This document shows positions 54,699 to 63,332 of a stretch of DNA of 64,000 bases, piece after piece. Below the pieces are notes generated by a model that worked only from the letters and a program-made list of their open reading frames with translations, was not told the origin of the DNA and did no database searches. Numbering within the stretch: the stretch's first letter is position 1; the number at the start of each line of letters is the position of its first letter. Both the position numbers and the translations under genes were made by a program. The DNA is from Bacillota bacterium (GTDB taxonomy: Bacteria; Bacillota; Clostridia; Christensenellales; UBA1242), in contig WRBH01000001.1 in assembly GCA_009784665.1 (NCBI GenBank), positions 7,267 to 71,266 on the forward strand. Direction: 5' to 3'.

Positions 54699-55563
54699 TG
54701 TACGCAGTATACACCGCCCTTTTGATTTTGCGAACAAGTTTTTCAACATCCGCTGCTGTTGCCCCACCATTGTTTACTATGAACCCTGCGTGCTTAGTCG
54801 ACACCTGTGCCCCGCCAACAGAAGTTCCCTGCAATCCCAATTCCTTTATCGCCGTTCCAACATAAAAGTCCGGCCTTGGGCGACGAAAGGTGCTGCCTGC
54901 ACTTGCATCATGATATGGCTGGCTTGTCAATCTCTTGGCAAATAATTCTTCTTGCTTTTTTACAATCTCGCATATTTTTCCGTTTTTAAGATAAAAATAT
55001 GCACCCAAAATAATCCAATCTTTCTTTTTTTGAAAAATGCTTGTTCGGTATGAAAATTTCAATTTCGTCGCGTCCATATTCACAACCTGTCCTTCTGTCA
55101 AAACATCGACACAGACAACGACATCCTTTATCTCGCCGCCGTATGCCCCCGCGTTCATAAACACCGCCCCTCCCACCGTGCCGGGCAAGCCGATTGCCCA
55201 TTCCAAACCTGATAAGGCCCTCTCCTTGGCGAATTCAAGAACATCGTCCATCTTTGCCCCTGCGTCGGCATAGATAAAAGTTCCATTGTCCAAAATCTCG
55301 GCAAAGTCCAAATTTATCACAACTCCATCAAATCCATCGTCCGATGCCAAGATATTGAAACCTCCTCCTATTACAAAAAAATCCTCTTCAACAAATGTCA
55401 GGGCGCTGACCAACCTTATTAAATTCGCTTTATTCTGAACGCGGACAAAGAACTTTGCCGGACCGCCAATGCGGAAATTTGTTAACTCGGCAAGGGGTTT
55501 ATCCTCGTGCACGAATTCCTCGCCGCACAGATGTTCCAGATAACTTTTTAGGACATTTCTCAC
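54595..55563 (-). CDS. murB: UDP-N-acetylenolpyruvoylglucosamine reductase
   Basis: LAELTNFRIGGPAKFF, GGGFNIL and AGSTFRRP motifs. About 20 extra C-terminal codons overlap rsmG. Confidence 0.93.
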   Translation of the reverse strand: MRNVLKSYLEHLCGEEFVHEDKPLAELTNFRIGGPAKFFVRVQNKANLIRLVSALTFVEEDFFVIGGGFNILASDDGFDGVVINLDFAEILDNGTFIYADAGAKMDDVLEFAKERALSGLEWAIGLPGTVGGAVFMNAGAYGGEIKDVVVCVDVLTEGQVVNMDATKLKFSYRTSIFQKKKDWIILGAYFYLKNGKICEIVKKQEELFAKRLTSQPYHDASAGSTFRRPRPDFYVGTAIKELGLQGTSVGGAQVSTKHAGFIVNNGGATAADVEKLVRKIKRAVYTAYNERLQTEYVQLPSRRNKQSVQSDCPQNTGEELDL

Positions 55564-55584
55564 AATCTATGGTATGCTTGAATC

Positions 55585-56574
55585 GTGACCAAGTTGTTGA
55601 AAGAATCCCAACACCGCGAAGCCGCACAAATCATTCGTGATGGCGGTCTTGTTGCGTTCAGGACCGAAACAGTTTATGGTCTGGGTGCCGATGCCACAAA
55701 TGATGAAGCGGTCAAAAAAATCTTCACGGCAAAGGGTCGACCATCGTCAAACCCCCTGATAGTTCATTTTCACAGCATCAAACACCTAAAGCAATATTTT
55801 GACCTAAATCCCGAGATTGAAAGAATCCTGAGGCTGATAACCGAGGCACTAACCGTTACCTTGCCCGCATCAGACATGATAGCAAAATCAGTATTAGCGG
55901 GACATGCAACCGCCGCCGTGCGAATTCCGTCATGCAAATTCGCCCGTAAATTCATTCGAGCGTGCGGCGTTCCGATTGCGGCACCCTCGGCTAATACCTC
56001 GACGCGACCTTCCCCCACCGATTGGCGCGCAGTACAGGATGATCTGGAGGGAAAGATTAATGCAATCATGATGGGCAGGCGAACACGAATAGGAATAGAA
56101 AGCACAGTGATAGAAATGCAGGACAAGGGATTAGGGATAAACATATTAAGACAAGGAGGCGTGTCTATGAAAAAGTTAAGAGAACAAACAGGCTTGGATG
56201 TCAAACTGGCAACAAGCCCTGAAGAGCTACAAAAAAGCCCAGGGACAAGGTTCAAGCATTATTCTCCCTCCTACCCCATTCATATCCTGACAGACTTCTT
56301 TGATATAATGGGACTGACATACCAAAAAGAGTATGTTGTAATAGGATACAGCAATCATTTTAACTATACTGATAAAAATATTTTGTATATAGGCAAAAAT
56401 GCTAGGCAGGCAAACGCGAACTTATTCTACCTGCTGCGAGAAGCTGAACGGATTTTGAATAAATCAAAGAGTAAAAAAGATAAAATTATAGTGATAGAAG
56501 ATTTGCCAAACACGGATGAATATGCTAGTGTTAGAGAGCGAGTGCAAAAAGCCAGTATCGGAGGTGATAAATGA
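55585..56574 (+). CDS. L-threonylcarbamoyladenylate synthase (Sua5/YwlC type)
   Basis: FRTETVYGLGADATN, KGRPSSNPLIVH and APSANTSTRPSPT motifs, plus a Sua5 C-terminal domain. GTG start 6 nt after TGgTATGCT. Confidence 0.9.
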   Translation: MTKLLKESQHREAAQIIRDGGLVAFRTETVYGLGADATNDEAVKKIFTAKGRPSSNPLIVHFHSIKHLKQYFDLNPEIERILRLITEALTVTLPASDMIAKSVLAGHATAAVRIPSCKFARKFIRACGVPIAAPSANTSTRPSPTDWRAVQDDLEGKINAIMMGRRTRIGIESTVIEMQDKGLGINILRQGGVSMKKLREQTGLDVKLATSPEELQKSPGTRFKHYSPSYPIHILTDFFDIMGLTYQKEYVVIGYSNHFNYTDKNILYIGKNARQANANLFYLLREAERILNKSKSKKDKIIVIEDLPNTDEYASVRERVQKASIGGDK

Positions 56575-57392
56575 AGTGGACAATTATAGCAGATTCGTGT
56601 TGTGATTTGAGGGACGAAGACTTGACAGGTGGGAGTATAACATTCAAGACAATACCCTTAACCCTGACACTAGGAGAAGAGGATTTTATTGATGATCAGA
56701 CCCTTGATACGGCATTGTTCATCCCAAAAATGAAGGCATCCAAGACCCTGCGGTCAGCGTGCCCATCACCAGAGGCGTTCATGGAACATATGCGAGATAA
56801 TGATAATATTATTATCGTAACGCTAAGTTCAAAGCTTTCCGGAACGCACGGTTCTGCCCTGATTGCAGTTGAACAAATCAAGTCGGAGTTCCCAAACAAA
56901 AAGGTCTATCTGCTGGATAGCCTAAGTGCATCTGCGGGTATGGCATCTCTGTGCGTAAAAATCAAGGAATTAATCGAGAATGGGAACATGAGTTTCGAAG
57001 AACTGACAGAGAAGCTGGATCCTATTCGTTCTAAGACTCGCGTTAGATTCTTGCTTCAGGACCTGTCCAATTTGGTCAAAACTGGCAGGCTATCCAAAGT
57101 TATGGGCGGAATCCTAGGTCTGACACCGCTGAAGTTAATTTGCGGGGACGACGGCAATGGTGAAATCAAGAAGTTTGGCTCATCCCTAGGAACAAAGAAA
57201 GGACTTGTTAAATTATCCGAATTTCCCCCAAAGGATGCATCGGTTGTAATCGCACACGCCCATAACGAGACGGACGCCGGATATCTGAAGGGGCTTTTGG
57301 AAAAACTAGGAATCACAAATATCAAAACCGTCCTGATGCGTGGGGTGGCAACATTCTATTCGAACGACAAAGGAATCGTTTTGGCGTACTAG
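56571..57392 (+). CDS. DegV family fatty-acid-binding protein
   Basis: IIADSCCDL start, LSSKLSGTHGSA motif. 273 aa. Confidence 0.9.
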   Translation: MKWTIIADSCCDLRDEDLTGGSITFKTIPLTLTLGEEDFIDDQTLDTALFIPKMKASKTLRSACPSPEAFMEHMRDNDNIIIVTLSSKLSGTHGSALIAVEQIKSEFPNKKVYLLDSLSASAGMASLCVKIKELIENGNMSFEELTEKLDPIRSKTRVRFLLQDLSNLVKTGRLSKVMGGILGLTPLKLICGDDGNGEIKKFGSSLGTKKGLVKLSEFPPKDASVVIAHAHNETDAGYLKGLLEKLGITNIKTVLMRGVATFYSNDKGIVLAY

Positions 57393-58318
57393 AGAAGTGC
57401 TATCCCTTCCCTCTCCGCCCATTTATTGGTTTCATCGGAGTGAACGGATGCCTGGACCTCGCCAATGTGTCTGGCCCCAAGAATTAGCATAGCCAATCGT
57501 GATTGACCAATCCCTCCCCCAATTGTTTGGGGGAGTTCGTTTTTTAAAACCCTCTTATGATATTCTTGATCTGGGTTCATGCCCTTTATGTTGCATTGTT
57601 GCAGGAGCGTATCACTATTTACACGAATACCCATGGAACTGAGTTCTAACTCGCCATCAATCGGAGGGTGATATGCAACAATATCTCCGTTTAGTTCGTC
57701 AATCCAACTGTCATAATCTGGGGCCCTGGGCTCATCAATGCCACGGATAAACACGAAGGGATGCTGCTTAACTAAATCCTTCTCGGTCATGTTGCCCATT
57801 TCCCTCATTGTTACAAATTTCAATTTCTCGTCGATGTTGCGGTCTAACTTTGGAAAAGCACGCAGCAATTCCTCCTGGGTTTCAAGCATCGCCTCGTGTA
57901 TCTGAGCAACGACCTTTTCAAGGTATTTTTGATTTCGCTGTCCCTCAGCCATTGCAATTTCCCAGTCCCACTGGTCAACAAATACCGAGTGCGTTGCATC
58001 AAGCTCGGGTTCTTCTGGGCGAAAATACGCCCCATCGACTATTATTCCTTCGCCTTGTTGGATGTTATATTTTTGTATGGCCTCACGCTTCCATTTAGCA
58101 AGGCTGTGAGGGACCTCTACATGTTTATTGGCTGCGGGGATGTAAAAGCCGACGGGCTGTTCGATCCCCGTTAAACCATCTTGCAATCCTTTACCACTTT
58201 CTATAAAATGTGGGGCAGATATCCGCAATAATTTCAATTTGCTTGACAGTGAGTTCTTGAAATGGAATTTAATCATCTCAATCGCCTCTTGCCTTGACCT
58301 TATATCAGCTATGTTCAT
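57389..58318 (-). CDS. asnA: aspartate--ammonia ligase
   Basis: AsnA family sequence throughout, ending ...GGGIGQSRLAMLILG. Confidence 0.9.
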   Translation of the reverse strand: MNIADIRSRQEAIEMIKFHFKNSLSSKLKLLRISAPHFIESGKGLQDGLTGIEQPVGFYIPAANKHVEVPHSLAKWKREAIQKYNIQQGEGIIVDGAYFRPEEPELDATHSVFVDQWDWEIAMAEGQRNQKYLEKVVAQIHEAMLETQEELLRAFPKLDRNIDEKLKFVTMREMGNMTEKDLVKQHPFVFIRGIDEPRAPDYDSWIDELNGDIVAYHPPIDGELELSSMGIRVNSDTLLQQCNIKGMNPDQEYHKRVLKNELPQTIGGGIGQSRLAMLILGARHIGEVQASVHSDETNKWAEREGIALL

Positions 58319-58959
58319 TGCTCAGTATATGAAACTACTCGTGCTATCGCTAATACTTCCACCTTTTTCGCACCAGCCTCTTTCAGGACGCGTGCAACCT
58401 CGGTGGTAGTTGCCCCACTGGTTATAACATCATCTACTAACAATATCCTTTTCCCCTTGACTTCACTAATGACTTCATACGCACCTGCTTGGTTCTTAAA
58501 GCGTTCCGCAGTACTCATTCTTTCCTGTGGAATGGTGGACTTAACTTTACTGAGGATATTTTCGTTTATTTCTAGCTCTCCTGCAAATATTTCTTGGGCA
58601 AGCAAAGTCGCTTGATTAAATCCTCGTTCCCGCTGTCTTGCCTTGGACAAGGGAATAGGAACTGCAAAATCGTAATTCTTTGGTTTAACAGACACCCGCA
58701 TAAACGGGGCAAGGGTCTTTGCCACCAAGCCATCAGAACTATACTTCAATCCTAAAATCATTTTGGCAACTACATCGTTGTATACAAATGGCGTGATAAT
58801 ATTATCTTTTTTTGACGGCACGGCAAAATCAAGCTTCTCTAAACATCCATCGCAAATGTTCGGATACTCAGATATGTTAATCTCACCTCGGCAACCAAGA
58901 CATGTAAAGTTCGGGAATAAATAGTCTAGGACTTTTTTAATCACAGCCCAGTATAACAA
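58315..58959 (-). CDS. ComF family phosphoribosyltransferase-domain protein
   Basis: CLGCRGE...CDGC zinc finger and the PRTase motif ILLVDDVITSGATT. The start is either TTG 58959 or, as I prefer, leaderless GTG 58944. Confidence 0.85.
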   Translation of the reverse strand: MLYWAVIKKVLDYLFPNFTCLGCRGEINISEYPNICDGCLEKLDFAVPSKKDNIITPFVYNDVVAKMILGLKYSSDGLVAKTLAPFMRVSVKPKNYDFAVPIPLSKARQRERGFNQATLLAQEIFAGELEINENILSKVKSTIPQERMSTAERFKNQAGAYEVISEVKGKRILLVDDVITSGATTTEVARVLKEAGAKKVEVLAIARVVSYTEQ

Positions 58960-58979
58960 AAGGGCGACAGATTGTCGCC

Positions 58980-59174
58980 CTACATTTGGTTGCTTGCACT
59001 TTCCTCTTTTATAATTTCTTGCAACGCTTGTATAAATTCCTCGATTTGATATGCGTGAGCGTACTTCCTCATCAGGCGTACAATTCCGCCAAGCAATAAC
59101 TCCATATCCCTCGGAGACATATACGGCTTGTGTACAGTTTCCGGCATGGGGATTATATTACATGTGTGCTCCAT
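58980..59174 (-). CDS. hypothetical small protein (64 aa)
   Basis: GAGGAGGTCAAA-ATG SD. Followed by the 8-bp hairpin GGGCGACA/TGTCGCCC (58962-58980). Confidence 0.5.
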   Translation of the reverse strand: MEHTCNIIPMPETVHKPYMSPRDMELLLGGIVRLMRKYAHAYQIEEFIQALQEIIKEESASNQM

Positions 59175-59184
59175 TTTGACCTCC

Positions 59185-59457
59185 TCACTCTAAAACTGCT
59201 GACTTAAACTTCTTGTTTGGTTTGAACAAGGGGACGACTTTTGGCCCGATCTGGATGCGTTCACCAGTTGCAGGGTTGACGCCCTCTCTGGCACTGCGCT
59301 GCTTTAGTTTGAATTTACCAATGCCCAACCCCACTTCCCCTCCCCTCCTTAGAGTTTCGATCACAAGGTCGGTTAGTTCGTCAACGATATGACTCGTTTC
59401 CTTTTTAGGCAAACCTGTGCGGATTGAGAGGTCCTTTATAAAAGCTTTCTTTGTCAT
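59185..59457 (-). CDS. hup: HU family DNA-binding protein
   Basis: 90 aa. ...RSAREGVNPATGERIQIGPKVVPLFKPNKKFK is a typical HU arm. Confidence 0.95.
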   Translation of the reverse strand: MTKKAFIKDLSIRTGLPKKETSHIVDELTDLVIETLRRGGEVGLGIGKFKLKQRSAREGVNPATGERIQIGPKVVPLFKPNKKFKSAVLE

Positions 59458-59474
59458 GACTAGATGATACCCAG

Positions 59475-59503
59475 TTGTATAAGTTGTTAAACATTAGTAT
59501 ACT
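59475..59503 (+). promoter_or_regulatory. promoter firing into the 59509-59895 region
   Basis: TTGTAT (59475-59480), 17 nt, TATACT (59498-59503), 5 nt, ATG 59509. Confidence 0.55.
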
Positions 59504-59508
59504 GTTAC

Positions 59509-59715
59509 ATGAGTAAGCAAACCCTTGACCTAGGCAGAGAATCTCTAGAGAGCATGTTTTCTTCATACTACTATGAACTAGATCCTAATATCCAAATAAC
59601 CGGTATGGGAGCCACTTCTGATGAGTCCTTCAGCGATGCCCCCAGCAGAGAGTGGAATCTTGCCCATATGAACTTCGCAGGAATAACAGAGGTTAATGGA
59701 GCCCAGCAATGGTAG
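59509..59715 (+). CDS. questionable small ORF (68 aa); the region may instead be non-coding RNA
   Basis: The leaderless geometry supports a transcript. The peptide has no recognisable features, and the region immediately downstream (59724-59818) carries rRNA-like motifs. Confidence 0.3.
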   Translation: MSKQTLDLGRESLESMFSSYYYELDPNIQITGMGATSDESFSDAPSREWNLAHMNFAGITEVNGAQQW

Positions 59716-59895
59716 AGCAGCAAGCTAAAAGCATCTAAGGTCAAATCTCTGTGCCAGACGCACATCAATACTAATAGGGATAAAAACCGCCAACTCAAGG
59801 TCAAGAGAATTAACCCTTATTTTTCTTTTCACGGCAAAGGCAGAACACACCCTCGCCTGGAGGGTATGATTGTAGAAGTAGGTCAAAAGAAATTA

Positions 59896-61506
59896 TCATT
59901 CCTGGATCGATTTTCCTCTTTTTTTGATAAAGTTAACAATCCTGATAGGGAAAATTCTCAAGACTAGCACCATAATCACATAGCCTAGAAACGCGGTTGC
60001 ACCAGCAAGAATAATCCATCCTTTGCCAGGCGGAAGTAAAAATTTAAGCAAGAAAAGGATCCCAATATAGATTCCAATCAGCAACCCTAGCCTTGCTTTG
60101 ATGGATAATCCTTGTTTAGTAACTCGTGGCTTGAGTTTCATAAATCGCATTACCCAAAAGATATTAAGGGACAGGGCAATGGTAAAACACAGGATATTTC
60201 CGATACTAACGGCATAAATCCCCAAAGTTCCGATAAGTGCAAGCTGAAACCCTATTTTCGCCGCCCCACCAATGATAAGCGAAATCAGAGGGAGGTACGA
60301 GCGATCAGACCCTTGCAGCAGACTTGTGAATATCGTTGACAGCCCTACAAGAAATATCATAGCAGATTCCATCCGTAGTAAATTCACTGCGACAGGTATT
60401 TGCGAAGGATTTTCATGAAATGCGCGGGCGTATACAAAATTAATTAATTCCCCCGCAAAGACCAAATAAAATAAGGAAAAGAAAAATGCGATGACCACTA
60501 TGATTTTAATTGAAAGGAAGAATTTTTGTTTTACTTCTTCTTTTTTTCCTTGCTTTAATAATTTTGCCGCCATTGGAACAATCGCTAAACCTATTGCAAT
60601 CGCCAAAACCGCAGGCATGTTCACCAATGTGTGAACCGCCCCTGTCGAGATTCCAAACAGGCGTGTTGCGTCGCGGGTGGACTCGCCTGCCTCGGTCAGC
60701 ATTTTAACAACGACTAGGGAATCAAAGACTAAAATCAAAGGGAAAACAGAAGCCAGGAATGTTATAGGTAACGCAGTTTTAAAAATCCGCCACATTAACC
60801 TTAAATCCACCATTCGGACAGTTAAAGTACCAACTCTCTCCTGGCCCTTTTCTTCCCTCTTGGCTTTCCTGAGATGGGCGAGATAAGTTATGCTGAGGAA
60901 CGCGAGAGCAAAAACCTCGGCGATTGTGGTACCCAGGATTGCCCCAAAGACCGCCCATTCAACACCACGAGGCAACAAGATAACAGCCAGGGTTATACCG
61001 ATAGCCAGTTTCGTGGTTTGTTCAATCAGTTGAGAGACGGCTGTCGGAACCATGTTGGACATACCTTGAAAATATCCCCTAAACGCCGCCATCAAGCAAA
61101 CAATCAAAACCGCGGGTGCAATTGCAAGGTAGAGCTTAGTATTGCCTTCATTGCCTTGAAGAGAAGCTATATTGTCGGCCAAGAGAGTGAAGAGAGTTGC
61201 AAACAACAATCCAAATACGGCAAGGATAATAAGAGAGTTAAGTAAAATTTTTCGGCACTCCTGGAAGTTTTTGGCGGTTCGTTCTTTTGCAACCATCTTT
61301 GATATTGCAACCGGGATACCCGAGGAAGCGATAACAAGCAATAATGCATAAACAGGAAAAACCATCTGGTACAATCCCATACCATAATTCCCAACTATGT
61401 TGGCCAGCGGTATTCGAAACCCTGCACCAAGTAATCGCACAAGCAACCCCGCTCCCGCCAAAACTAAGGCCCCACCAAGGAAGTTTTGTTTCTTGAGGTG
61501 ATGCAT
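59896..61506 (-). CDS. murJ: lipid II flippase MurJ (MviN family)
   Basis: About 14 TM helices. The N-terminus after MHHLKKQNFLGGALVLAGAGLLVRLLGAGFRIPLANIVG matches MurJ. The upstream in-frame extension to 61716 looks non-coding, so the start is uncertain (61506 or 61584). Confidence 0.85.
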   Translation of the reverse strand: MHHLKKQNFLGGALVLAGAGLLVRLLGAGFRIPLANIVGNYGMGLYQMVFPVYALLLVIASSGIPVAISKMVAKERTAKNFQECRKILLNSLIILAVFGLLFATLFTLLADNIASLQGNEGNTKLYLAIAPAVLIVCLMAAFRGYFQGMSNMVPTAVSQLIEQTTKLAIGITLAVILLPRGVEWAVFGAILGTTIAEVFALAFLSITYLAHLRKAKREEKGQERVGTLTVRMVDLRLMWRIFKTALPITFLASVFPLILVFDSLVVVKMLTEAGESTRDATRLFGISTGAVHTLVNMPAVLAIAIGLAIVPMAAKLLKQGKKEEVKQKFFLSIKIIVVIAFFFSLFYLVFAGELINFVYARAFHENPSQIPVAVNLLRMESAMIFLVGLSTIFTSLLQGSDRSYLPLISLIIGGAAKIGFQLALIGTLGIYAVSIGNILCFTIALSLNIFWVMRFMKLKPRVTKQGLSIKARLGLLIGIYIGILFLLKFLLPPGKGWIILAGATAFLGYVIMVLVLRIFPIRIVNFIKKRGKSIQE

Positions 61507-61645
61507 ATACTTTTTCACTTGTTTATCTTGTGCAAAAATGTGACAAACTTGTTGTACGGACTTTAATTTTATCGAAGCATTCATATAGTAGGGTCGGATG
61601 GATAACCCTTGTCGTTGAAAGAATTTTATAGTATAATATAAAGAC

Positions 61646-62155
61646 ATGAAAGGACTTAGGCTGTCTGCGGCAATTCTTGCCATTATTGTGTGCATTATAG
61701 GTGCCGCATCGACCATTATCGAGATTATTGAAATGGATCTCTTTTATGACTTCGATATTATTTCGATTGAGGTAATTCTTTCGATGATCATTGCATCGGC
61801 GTTACTGATAGCTTTTTTCGTCGTTGCTATCATTCTGTGTGCAAAGCGAAGTCGTGGCCTGATAATCACCATACTAGTTCTCACCTGTGTTATTCTTGCA
61901 TTCTTGGTCGCAGGTATCGCAATGGTTGCCACGGGAGATTATTCTGTCCCAGTTGTTTATTGGATTCTGAACGGAGTTAATTTAGCTTTACTGATCACTA
62001 TTGTTATTTTATCCGCCATTTACCTGACGAGAAGAGTAACAAAGTATACGATATATAAGAAAAATAAAAAACTCCTAGACAGGATGCTTACTGAAGGATC
62101 AATTAGAGAAGATTTTTACCGCCAAGTTCTGGCGGAAGAAGCAGGAAAACTTTAA
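61646..62155 (+). CDS. membrane protein (169 aa)
   Basis: Four hydrophobic helices. TTGTCG-17-TATAAT-8 nt-ATG. Confidence 0.6.
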   Translation: MKGLRLSAAILAIIVCIIGAASTIIEIIEMDLFYDFDIISIEVILSMIIASALLIAFFVVAIILCAKRSRGLIITILVLTCVILAFLVAGIAMVATGDYSVPVVYWILNGVNLALLITIVILSAIYLTRRVTKYTIYKKNKKLLDRMLTEGSIREDFYRQVLAEEAGKL

Positions 62156-62616
62156 CCCCAACCGAACTCGTTGTAGGCAATCTTTTTAAGATAACAATCT
62201 ATCGCACAGCGACGATTTGGGATTAGCTGCTTAGGAAGATCATCAATGTTAAACCACTCCAGATGAGAACACTTTTCACATTCGCAAATTTTTGGCTCGC
62301 CTGCCCATTTGTTCACGAAGAAGTATGAGTTATAGTAATGCATCTTTGTGCCTGGAACACCGCTTTGTGCACTATCTTGAATGTGAATGAATTCAATATC
62401 CTCGCGACTGAATTCGATAGCGATTTCTTCTTTCGCTTCACGCTGCATTGCGGCGGTCAATGATTCCCCAGCATCTACATGTCCACTAGCGGCACTGTCC
62501 CACCATCCAGTTGCCCAAATATTCCCTGCCCTCTTTTGTAGAAGAATTTGTGTTTTACCATCTTCAACTCGTACAAGAAACAACATGGATGCAGAAAGTG
62601 TTGCGTTTTTACTCAC
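62152..62616 (-). CDS. NUDIX hydrolase
   Basis: Nudix box GHVDAGESLTAAMQREAKEEIAI. Confidence 0.88.
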   Translation of the reverse strand: MSKNATLSASMLFLVRVEDGKTQILLQKRAGNIWATGWWDSAASGHVDAGESLTAAMQREAKEEIAIEFSREDIEFIHIQDSAQSGVPGTKMHYYNSYFFVNKWAGEPKICECEKCSHLEWFNIDDLPKQLIPNRRCAIDCYLKKIAYNEFGWG

Positions 62617-63332
62617 TTTGCACCCCTTTGACGATTGACTTCATAAAGTACCATTGCCGTAGCATTTGCGACATTTAGGCTGTTTACCTTGCCATGTTGT
62701 GGCACGGAAACGATTCCATCAACCAAAGTTCTTGTTAATGTTCTGACACCAGTGTGCTCGCCCCCCATGACAATTGCGATGGGTCCAGAAAGGTTTGTTT
62801 TTGAAACATCCATCCCACCCATATCGGCGGCGAAAATCCAAAAACCTTTCTCTTTAAGGTACTCAATTTCGTGGTTGATATTTGTGACTTTGCAGACCTT
62901 GACATGTGACGCGGCACCCGCAGAAACACGAATAACGGTGTCCGTTACAGAGGCACTGCGGTTCTTTGGAATGATGATGCCATCAACCCCCATACACTCG
63001 GCAGTACGAATAATGTTACCGAAGTTATGCGGGTCCTCAACTCCGTCCAGTATCAAAATCAGAGGCTGGGTGCCTTTTTTGTATCCCTCGTCGATAATTT
63101 CCCTTAATTCGAAATATCTATAATCACTTACGAATGCAACGAATCCTTGGTGGTTCTTAGTCTTGGAAACCCTATCCAGAGCCGTCCTGTCCACGAATTG
63201 GTATACAATCCCGCTGTCCTTGATTTTGTCCACCAAGTATTGGGCATTTGTGCCTTTTTGAATCATTATCTTTTCAACGGTCGCGTGTCCCCCAAGGGCT
63301 TCCTCGACCGCGTTCTTTCCTTCAACAATCAT
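62613..63332 (-). CDS. rlmB: 23S rRNA (guanosine-2'-O)-methyltransferase RlmB (TrmH/SpoU family)
   Basis: N-terminal SpoU substrate-binding domain, and C-terminal motifs LDGVEDPHNFGNIIRTA, VMGGEHTG and NSLNVANA. Confidence 0.9.
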   Translation of the reverse strand: MIVEGKNAVEEALGGHATVEKIMIQKGTNAQYLVDKIKDSGIVYQFVDRTALDRVSKTKNHQGFVAFVSDYRYFELREIIDEGYKKGTQPLILILDGVEDPHNFGNIIRTAECMGVDGIIIPKNRSASVTDTVIRVSAGAASHVKVCKVTNINHEIEYLKEKGFWIFAADMGGMDVSKTNLSGPIAIVMGGEHTGVRTLTRTLVDGIVSVPQHGKVNSLNVANATAMVLYEVNRQRGAK

